This document shows positions 31,881-37,379 of a stretch of 37,379 bases of DNA, piece by piece; within the stretch, counting starts at the first letter, position 1; each line of letters begins with the position of its first letter. The position numbers and the translations under genes are program-made. A model generated the notes under the pieces. That model searched no databases. It saw only the letters and a program-made list of their open reading frames with translations, and was not told where the DNA came from. The stretch is taken from positions 1 through 37,379 of the IMG/VR virus record IMGVR_UViG_3300029936_000040. One strand, written 5' to 3'. The stretch comes from a virus.

Positions 31881-32650
31881 TCCGACTTCTTCGTTTCGTT
31901 TGCCAATTCGAGGAATTTCGCTTCTTGTGCGTCCAGTGCTGCGCTCCAGGCTGAGCTCCAGGCTGCGCCCCCGGCTTCGGCCCTGGCTGCGGCCCCGGCT
32001 GCGGCCCCGGCTGCGGACCCTGATGCGGCCCAGGCTGCGGCCCTGGCTGCGTCCCCGGCTGCGGCCCCGGCTGCGGCCCCGGCTGCGGACCCTGATGCGG
32101 CCCTGGCTGCGTCCCCGGCTGCGGCCCCGGCTTCGGCCCAGGCTGCGGCCCTGGCTGCGTCCCTGGCTGCGGCCCAGGCTGCGGCCCCGGCTTCGGCCCT
32201 GGCTGCGGCCCCGGCTGCGGCCCCGGCTGCGGACCCTGATGCGGCCCCGGCTGCGTCCTCGGCTGCGGCCCAGGCTGCGGCCCAGGCTGCGGCCCTGGCT
32301 GCGTACCCTGATGCGTCCCAGGCTGCGGCCCAGGCTGCGTCAAGTTCTTCTTTTGTTGCGTCTCCGTTGGCAAATCGCTCGGCGATATCCATGGCAGCGA
32401 TTGATCGCGGGTCGGTCATCAGGTGCTGAACTTGCCTTGCGCACCAAACTGCGAACAAACGAATTTCCTTGCCGTAGCCTGACACGGCCCGCAGGCACCA
32501 CAGAGCGTCGTCCAGGCCGTTACTGTCGATGATCGTAATCAGGCTAAGAGGATCGTCGTCTGCGGCAGTCTTGCCGAGATTTGCGAGCAATTTTTTCCAG
32601 CCATCGGCGCATGGATGATGGTCGCGGATTGCGTTTAGAGTTGTCTTCAT
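31877..32650 (-). CDS. Ala/Trp/Arg/Gly tetrapeptide-repeat protein with a globular N-terminal domain
   Basis: The N-terminus reads LNAIRDHHPCADGWKKLL...SNGLDDALWCLRAV...RLFAVWCARQVQHLMTDPRS. About 33 A-A-[G/R/W]-[A/D/S] units follow. ATG 32650 is ATGA-coupled to the upstream gene. This frame is the one continuous with a non-repetitive N-terminal domain and with the leftward operon. Confidence 0.65.
   Translation of the reverse strand: MKTTLNAIRDHHPCADGWKKLLANLGKTAADDDPLSLITIIDSNGLDDALWCLRAVSGYGKEIRLFAVWCARQVQHLMTDPRSIAAMDIAERFANGDATKEELDAAWAAAWDASGYAARAAAWAAAWAAAEDAAGAASGSAAGAAAGAAARAEAGAAAWAAARDAARAAAWAEAGAAAGDAARAASGSAAGAAAGAAAGDAARAAAWAASGSAAGAAAGAAARAEAGGAAWSSAWSAALDAQEAKFLELANETKKSE
31949..32344. 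repeat. 33-unit tandem array of a 12-bp repeat (GGCTGCGGCCCN)
   Basis: Units are phased at 31949+12k. The variable last base (C/A/T) gives Gly/Trp/Arg on the minus strand. GGCTGCGGACCC-TGATGCGGCCC pairs recur at a 72/144-bp higher order. Four frames (two per strand) carry long ORFs across the array. Confidence 0.9.
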
Positions 32651-33069
32651 GCTGCCCACCCGATGCGGTCAGCGCGCGCCTGCTCGGCGTTTTCGATCAG
32701 GCGAGAGCGAAGCTCTGCAATCTGCCGGTCACGGTCGCGGATTTGGCCGGTCAGCACGTCGTTTGCTGCGCACAATTGCAGCAAGCTCTTGTCGCCCCTT
32801 GCGACCGTAGCCATCTCCACGTTGAACGCCTCGCGCATCGCCTCTTCTCGCGCCATCGACTCGTCAAGAGCGGCGACCATAGCCAACTTCGATTCGCGCT
32901 CTTGATCGAGCAGCCGGCGAAGTTCGCCCACCTGGACGCGTGCCGTGTCGCTGATGTCCATCTGCTTGCGCCACTGCCGGCGCAGTGCGTCGACACGGGC
33001 GTTCAAGCGGTCGATGTGCGCCGCGGACTCTGAGGCGCGCTGTTCTGCGCAAAGGCATCTTGTGTTCAT
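32647..33069 (-). CDS. Coiled-coil protein (140 aa), first gene of the leftward early operon
   Basis: GGAGGG RBS lies upstream of ATG 33069. The sequence is heptad-rich (RLNARVDALRRQWRKQ ... IAELRSRLIENAEQ). Confidence 0.6.
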   Translation of the reverse strand: MNTRCLCAEQRASESAAHIDRLNARVDALRRQWRKQMDISDTARVQVGELRRLLDQERESKLAMVAALDESMAREEAMREAFNVEMATVARGDKSLLQLCAANDVLTGQIRDRDRQIAELRSRLIENAEQARADRIGWAA

Positions 33070-33245
33070 CACTTCACCCTCCTGCAATCGCTGTGTGAAA
33101 AGATTGCCCTGGCGGCAGCCACCCGGCACAGCTCGCGGAATGGCTTTGGATCAGCACGAGGGGAGAACTTCTCCGTGCCTAGCGCTTTCGCGCCGCACCG
33201 CCAGGGCGGTTGATCGGTGCCGCGTTTGGTTGCGGCATGGGTTTA

Positions 33246-33274
33246 ACTATACGGATGCCCTAACTGCGCGTCAA
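33246..33274 (-). promoter_or_regulatory. Leftward early promoter (PL-like)
   Basis: On the minus strand: TTGACG (33274-33269), a 17-nt spacer, then TATAGT (33251-33246). This predicts a leader of about 170 nt before ATG 33069. Confidence 0.65.
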
Positions 33275-33317
33275 CAACTTTATTCGGGAAGGAGAACTAA
33301 ATACAAACAGAAAACGC

Positions 33318-33346
33318 TTGACAAGAAATTGTGCAATCCGTACATT
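33318..33346 (+). promoter_or_regulatory. Rightward early promoter (PR-like)
   Basis: TTGACA (33318-33323), a 17-nt spacer, then TACATT (33341-33346). The cro-like ATG begins 8 nt after the -10, so the mRNA would be leaderless or nearly so. Confidence 0.65.
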
Positions 33347-33353
33347 ACCCGTC

Positions 33354-33596
33354 ATGAAAAAACATCAAGTGATCGAGGCATTCGGGACTCAAGCAGAAGC
33401 GGCCAGGGCGCTGGGGTGCTATCCGTCGACGATCCAAGAGTGGGATGAGGTGCCGGATGGCCGTCAATACCAGATCGAGATTGCGACGCTAGGCCGGCTC
33501 AAGGCAGACCTGCCAGCAGACCGGCGGGCGCTGCTAAAAGTCAAAAAATCGGAGCGTTCCGTTAAGTCGGTCAAGTCGCGCGCCGGCCTTCGCTAG
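33354..33596 (+). CDS. Cro/YdaS-like helix-turn-helix regulator
   Basis: MKKHQVIEAFGTQAEAARALGCYPSTIQEWDEVPDGRQYQIEIATLGRLKAD. It is the first gene downstream of the PR-like promoter. Confidence 0.7.
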   Translation: MKKHQVIEAFGTQAEAARALGCYPSTIQEWDEVPDGRQYQIEIATLGRLKADLPADRRALLKVKKSERSVKSVKSRAGLR

Positions 33597-33620
33597 CCCT
33601 TCGGGGCTGGCTTTTTTTTT
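33592..33620 (+). terminator. Strong intrinsic terminator immediately after the cro-like gene
   Basis: GCTAGCCC (33592-33599) pairs with GGGCTGGC (33604-33611) across a TTCG loop. A T9 run follows at 33612-33620. The stem includes the TAG stop codon. Confidence 0.8.
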
Positions 33621-33638
33621 CGTTTTTTGGTGTGGCAA

Positions 33639-33845
33639 ATGAGCAACGTCATGCACCAACACCCACGCCGGCAAGCCGCTTACCGGGCCGACACGGACGG
33701 ATTAACGATGGTCGGTGTCGTCCATTGCGGCTGGCGTTGTCGCGTCTGCGGCGGTCAGCAAACATGGACGTCGGGTCGGAAAAAGATGCCCGGCGAGGGC
33801 TGGAAATGCGCCGAGTGCGCGAAATCAGGAAAGGGGAAATCATGA
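33639..33845 (+). CDS. Small zinc-finger protein (68 aa)
   Basis: HCGWRCRVCGG ... WKCAECAKSG. ATG 33639; the track starts at TTG 33627. Confidence 0.55.
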   Translation: MSNVMHQHPRRQAAYRADTDGLTMVGVVHCGWRCRVCGGQQTWTSGRKKMPGEGWKCAECAKSGKGKS

Positions 33846-34105
33846 GCTGCAGTCTTGAGAGGTTAGAAGCTCCGAAATCGGCAGCGATCAATGCCGGACG
33901 GCCGTACTGCGTTGCGCAGGAGACAAGCGAATCAGGCGCGACAGTTCGAGAATTCAGCAGCACGTTGGCGAACGTCCACCTCGCGTCCGAGAACGAGCGC
34001 GTACGCGCCGAGAATGCAAAGCTTCGTGCCGAGAATGCGGCCATGCGGTCGGCGATCGACGTGATCGGCCTGACGCTGATGACTGTTCGGATGTCGCAGT
34101 CATGA
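33842..34105 (+). CDS. Hypothetical protein (87 aa)
   Basis: ATGA coupling at 33842, in frame with track ORF 33632-34105. It contains a short coiled coil (ENERVRAENAKLRAENAAMR). Confidence 0.55.
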   Translation: MSCSLERLEAPKSAAINAGRPYCVAQETSESGATVREFSSTLANVHLASENERVRAENAKLRAENAAMRSAIDVIGLTLMTVRMSQS

Positions 34106-34218
34106 CCCCTCAGCAGAAGCGCCTAATCCGCCCGCTGACGCGCCAGCACCAGGCAGCTCAAGCGGTGCTGACAACCGGAGCGCTGGCCATCGGCCCACTG
34201 CTGTTCGTGTGCTCCTAG
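34102..34218 (+). CDS. Possible small membrane peptide (38 aa)
   Basis: ATGA coupling. My own translation is MTPQQKRLIRPLTRQHQAAQAVLTTGALAIGPLLFVCS. It is below the ORF-track cutoff. Confidence 0.35.
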   Translation: MTPQQKRLIRPLTRQHQAAQAVLTTGALAIGPLLFVCS

Positions 34219-34274
34219 CTGCGAACCTACAGCGAGACGTTCGCCGAGGTGATGCGGCCAGCTGGGAGATCGCT

Positions 34275-35651
34275 ATGAGTTACGAGCAATTTGTCTCTCG
34301 CAAGCTCGGAATTGTCGAGTCGGTCGGAATTGATGCGCCGATGCGCGAATACGGACTGTTCCCTTTGCAGAAGATGCTGACACCATGGGCGCTTCGTCGC
34401 GGGCGTGCTGCCATCTTTGCGGATACTGGACTCGGCAAAAGCCGGATGCAGCTTGCTTGGGCCGATACCGTTCATGCAGAAACCGGACTCGACGTGCTCA
34501 TCCTGGCTCCTCTGGCAGTCGCACAACAGACGGTCGAAGAGGGTGCGCGGATAGGCGTGTCGGTGAATCACGCGCGCGAAGCGGACCAGATCCGGCCTGG
34601 CGTGAATATCACGAACTATGACAGGGTCCACAAATTCGACGCGTCTCGTTTCGGGGCGATTGTGCTCGACGAGAGCAGCATCATCAAGCACCACGCGGCG
34701 AAGACGCTGCAGACGCTGCTCGATATGTTCCGCAGCACGCCATACCGTCTTGCCTGCACTGCAACCCCATCGCCAAACGACTGGACCGAACTAGGCAACC
34801 ACGCCGAATTCCTTGGCGTCTGCTCTCGCGCTGAAATGCTCGCTGAATTCTTCGTCCATGACGGCGGCGATACGCAGACGTGGCGCCTAAAGGGACACGC
34901 TCGCAAACTGTTCTGGTCTTGGGTTGCGTCGTGGGGCGCGATGGTGCGCAGTCCAGAGGATCTCGGGATCGACGCAAGCGCATACAAGCTGCCTCCGCTG
35001 AACGTCCATCAGCACACCGTAGAGATTGCGCATAACCCGGATCACGGCCTATTCGCACTAGAAGCTCAGACGCTCTCAGAGCGTCGTGGAGCGCGCAAAG
35101 AAAGCCTTGTAGATCGTGTCCGAGCGTGCGCTGAAATCGTCAATGCGTCGTCCGGTACGTGGCTTGTCTGGTGCGACCTGAACGCCGAGGGCGATGCTTT
35201 GGAGTCAGCAATACCGGGATCTGTCCAAGTTGCCGGGTGCGATACCGAGGAATTCAAGGAGAGAACGTTGCTTGATTTTGCGCATGGAAAGCTGCGCGTC
35301 CTGGTCAGCAAGCCGAGCATTTGCGGATTCGGTTTGAACTTCCAGGCAGCAACAAACCAAGCATTCGTTGGCGTGACGGACAGTTTCGAGGCGTATTACC
35401 AGGCTGTCCGTAGGTCGTGGCGATTTGGCCAAAAGTCCGAGGTCAACGTGCATGTTTTCGCCAGCAACCAGGAGGGCGCGGTAGTCGCAAACCTTCGCAG
35501 AAAAGAGGCGATTGCAAATGCGATGGCCGACGCAATGGCTGCAGAGACGCTTGAATCCGTGCGGTCGCAGGCAATCGGCGCGAAGAAAAACACAAACATC
35601 TATCAACCATCTCGGCAGATCGTTTTGCCGTCATTTCTGGAGGCGGTATGA
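34275..35651 (+). CDS. SNF2/DEAD-like superfamily 2 helicase
   Basis: AIFADTGLGKSRMQL (Walker A), IVLDESSIIK (DExx), CTATPSPND, and C-terminal helicase motifs (WRFGQK). GGGAGA lies upstream of ATG 34275. The track begins at GTG 34209. Confidence 0.8.
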   Translation: MSYEQFVSRKLGIVESVGIDAPMREYGLFPLQKMLTPWALRRGRAAIFADTGLGKSRMQLAWADTVHAETGLDVLILAPLAVAQQTVEEGARIGVSVNHAREADQIRPGVNITNYDRVHKFDASRFGAIVLDESSIIKHHAAKTLQTLLDMFRSTPYRLACTATPSPNDWTELGNHAEFLGVCSRAEMLAEFFVHDGGDTQTWRLKGHARKLFWSWVASWGAMVRSPEDLGIDASAYKLPPLNVHQHTVEIAHNPDHGLFALEAQTLSERRGARKESLVDRVRACAEIVNASSGTWLVWCDLNAEGDALESAIPGSVQVAGCDTEEFKERTLLDFAHGKLRVLVSKPSICGFGLNFQAATNQAFVGVTDSFEAYYQAVRRSWRFGQKSEVNVHVFASNQEGAVVANLRRKEAIANAMADAMAAETLESVRSQAIGAKKNTNIYQPSRQIVLPSFLEAV

Positions 35652-36580
35652 ACTGCATCGAACAAACAACCGGCGAGGGCTTTGTCCTCTATCACGGAGA
35701 TTGCGTCGACGTTCTGCGCGGCCTTCCAGACCAATCTATCCACTACAGCATTTTCTCGCCGCCGTTTGCGAGCCTCTACACCTACAGCAACAGCCCTCGC
35801 GATATGGGCAACTGCCGCACGAATGAGGAGTTTTTTGAGCACTTCGCATTCCTCGTTGAAGAATTGAAGCGTGTCATGCGGCCTGGGAGAAACGTGTCTT
35901 TTCACTGCATGCTATTTCCAGCCAGCAATGAGCGCGATGGGTTCATCGGCCTGAAAGACTTTCGCGGTGATCTGATTCGGGCATTCCAGGCGCAAGGGTT
36001 CATTTTTCATGCCGAAACGGTGATCTGGAAAGATCCGGTCACGCAGATGCAGCGGACAAAGGCGCTTGGATTGCTCCACAAGTCTGTGCGCGAGAACTCC
36101 GCAATGTGTCGGATGGGTATACCTGATTATCTCGTGACGATGCGTGCGCCTGGCGATCAGTTGGACCGCGTACAGCACCACAAAGACGACGACTCATGCC
36201 TTGACTACTGCGAAAAAAACAATCTCGACTATGCCGATGAATTGCGAAAAGTTTACCCGGTAAGCCAATGGCAAAAGGTAGCCAGCCCGGTCTGGATGGA
36301 CATCAACCCTTCGGACACCCTGCAATACCAGTCGGCGCGCGAACACGACGACGAGCGCCACATTTGCCCGCTTCAGCTTGAAGTCATTCGCCGCGGCGTC
36401 GAACTTTGGACCAATCCCGGCGACGTGGTTCTTTCCCCTTTTGCTGGCATCGGTAGCGAGGGATTCGTCAGTGTGCAGATGGGGCGGAAGTTCGTAGGAG
36501 TCGAACTGAAAGATTCGTACTACAGGCAGGCGAGCCAGAACTTGGGCGCAGCGCTGCGCACGACTGGCGAGCTTTTCTGA
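35648..36580 (+). CDS. DNA methyltransferase (N4-cytosine/N6-adenine family, SPPF motif)
   Basis: IFSPPFASLYTY (motif IV, S-P-P-F) and LSPFAGIGSEG (AdoMet-binding FxGxG). ATGA coupling to the helicase gene. Confidence 0.8.
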   Translation: MNCIEQTTGEGFVLYHGDCVDVLRGLPDQSIHYSIFSPPFASLYTYSNSPRDMGNCRTNEEFFEHFAFLVEELKRVMRPGRNVSFHCMLFPASNERDGFIGLKDFRGDLIRAFQAQGFIFHAETVIWKDPVTQMQRTKALGLLHKSVRENSAMCRMGIPDYLVTMRAPGDQLDRVQHHKDDDSCLDYCEKNNLDYADELRKVYPVSQWQKVASPVWMDINPSDTLQYQSAREHDDERHICPLQLEVIRRGVELWTNPGDVVLSPFAGIGSEGFVSVQMGRKFVGVELKDSYYRQASQNLGAALRTTGELF

Positions 36581-36581
36581 C

Positions 36582-36986
36582 ATGGCCGGCCGCACAAGCA
36601 GAGACAAAGGCGCCGCCGGCGAGCGAGAGCTTTTCGGCCTGCTATCCGATCAGCTCGGATTCGTCGTGCGGCGCGAACTTTCCGCGTCTCGCGATGGCGG
36701 ATGCGACGGGCTCGACGTGCCAGGGTGGGCAATCGAGGTAAAGCGCACCGAGCAGATGCTGGCGGCGCACTGGTATCAGGCGGTAGATCAGGCAGAGAAG
36801 GCCGGCAGGAAGCCGGTTCTGTTCTGGCGCAGGAATCGCGCTGAGTGGCGCGCTTTTGTTTCTCCGCACGACGTGGCGCCCGAGCTATTTCAAGAGGGCG
36901 GTGACGCGCTGTCGATGTCATTGCCGCGATGGTGCGAACTTGCCAGAAGCCAGATGGCGAAGCCTGCCGCCGAGGGCTGCGAGTGA
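36582..36986 (+). CDS. PD-(D/E)XK nuclease-like protein (putative Holliday-junction resolvase)
   Basis: KGAAGERELFGLL...GGCDGLDVPGWAIEVKRTE...W.QAVDQA...PVLFWRRNRAEW gives a D...E-x-K arrangement. Confidence 0.55.
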   Translation: MAGRTSRDKGAAGERELFGLLSDQLGFVVRRELSASRDGGCDGLDVPGWAIEVKRTEQMLAAHWYQAVDQAEKAGRKPVLFWRRNRAEWRAFVSPHDVAPELFQEGGDALSMSLPRWCELARSQMAKPAAEGCE

Positions 36987-37379
36987 GCGTTGAGGCGATC
37001 AATTGGGCGCTTTCTCAGGACATAGAACGATCGTCCGAGAAGTTCGTTTTGGTCGTCATGGCAAACCGCTGTAATGACCAATGGTTATGCTGGCCGTCTA
37101 TTTCGTCCATTGTTGAGGACACCAGCCAGAACCGCAAAACGGTGCAGGAAAACCTCGCAAGGCTCAAGAATTCTGGCCTTATTTGTGCCAACGGCATGAG
37201 AAAAGGGGCAACAGGATCGGTCGTTGTGTATGCCCTAAGCAGGCCCGAAAACGGTCTATCTAAGCAGGCCCAAAAACGGACAGAAGAGGATGTAGAAGCA
37301 GGCCCGAAAACGGTACAGCTTGAAACGGAAGCAGGCCCGAAAACGGACATAAGCAGGCCCGAAAACGGTCTATCTAAGC
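36983..37379 (+). CDS. Replication initiator (lambda O-like), N-terminal winged-HTH part; the ORF runs off the window end and continues at nt 2
   Basis: GTG 36983 (GTGA coupling). INWALSQDIERSSEKFVLVVMANRCNDQWLCWPSISSIVEDTSQNRKTVQENLARLKNSGLI is a typical HTH replication-protein N-terminus. There is no stop before the window end, and the iterons begin at 37238. Confidence 0.75.
   Translation, partial: MSVEAINWALSQDIERSSEKFVLVVMANRCNDQWLCWPSISSIVEDTSQNRKTVQENLARLKNSGLICANGMRKGATGSVVVYALSRPENGLSKQAQKRTEEDVEAGPKTVQLETEAGPKTDISRPENGLSK
37238..37379. repeat. Iteron array, first half of the candidate origin
   Basis: AGCAGGCCCGAAAACGG at 37238-37254, 37297-37313, 37330-37346 and 37352-37368, with the variant at 37263-37279. 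37243-37368 is identical to 1-126, and 37357-37379 to 1-23. Confidence 0.75.

Noticed and set aside
31372-32532. Long overlapping ORFs across the 12-bp array: + strand 386 aa (RPRLRPWLRP...), + strand 189 aa (31860-32429), - strand 222 aa (PGPQPG..., 31705-32373).
   Set aside because: They exist only because the 12-bp repeat lacks stop codons in these frames. They have no non-repetitive domain and no coupling to neighbouring genes. The minus-strand 31877-32650 frame has a globular N-terminus and fits the operon.
33181-33194. Calling the GGCGC-GAAA-GCGCT hairpin a nutL boxB site and the 140-aa first leftward gene an N-type antiterminator.
   Set aside because: The 140-aa protein has no Arg-rich N-terminal motif. 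No matching hairpin lies downstream of the cro-like gene, and no boxA-like element was recognised. It is kept only as a remark within the promoter-region finding.
37243-37379. Terminal direct repeats as the ends of a transposon or IS, or as long terminal repeats of the virion DNA.
   Set aside because: The repeat is part of an internal iteron array. The split ORF is restored in frame by a 23-nt overlap, which points to linearisation of a circular assembly. True physical termini cannot be inferred from this sequence alone.

Overview
The window looks like one complete tailed-phage genome with no host flanks. GC is high, roughly 60% by eye. The ends are redundant: 37357-37379 equals 1-23, and 37243-37368 equals 1-126. 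Closing the circle with the 23-nt overlap gives 37,356 bp and joins a split replication-initiator gene in frame, so the window was cut inside an iteron-type origin. Rightward from a strong PR-like promoter (33318-33346) the order is: cro-like gene, intrinsic terminator, small Zn-ribbon ORFs, SNF2 helicase, SPPF DNA methylase, PD-(D/E)XK nuclease, O-like initiator with embedded iterons, and a lambda-P-like loader. A nin-like run of small coupled ORFs follows, including an Acb2-like candidate and an H-NS-like protein. Next come a Q-like antiterminator, a late promoter with a terminator about 50 nt downstream, and a ParB-domain::methylase fusion. The virion block is terminase small and large subunits, a small GNAT, portal, scaffold, P22-type coat, a low-GC insert encoding a C-type-lectin/FGE-fold protein, gp4-like adaptor, gp10-like hub, three ejection proteins and a tail fiber. 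Two membrane-targeted ORFs end the late operon. Leftward from a PL-like promoter (33246-33274) lie a coiled-coil protein and an Ala/Trp-repeat protein built on a 33-unit 12-bp array. After these come RecT, a YqaJ exonuclease, a DUF1351-like protein, SSB, two Lar-like proteins, DUF4224 and an internally deleted integrase. A 3' fragment of tRNA-Ser(CGA) marks the attP core, surrounded by small accessory genes bracketed by short direct repeats. Leads worth follow-up are the DGR-style variable-region terminus with no RT or template repeat in the genome, the decayed lysogeny module, the missing lysis cassette, the anti-defence candidates (Acb2-like, two Lar-like, two methylases, H-NS) and the 12-bp periodic array. 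All functional calls rest on motif recognition by eye and on synteny; no database search was run.
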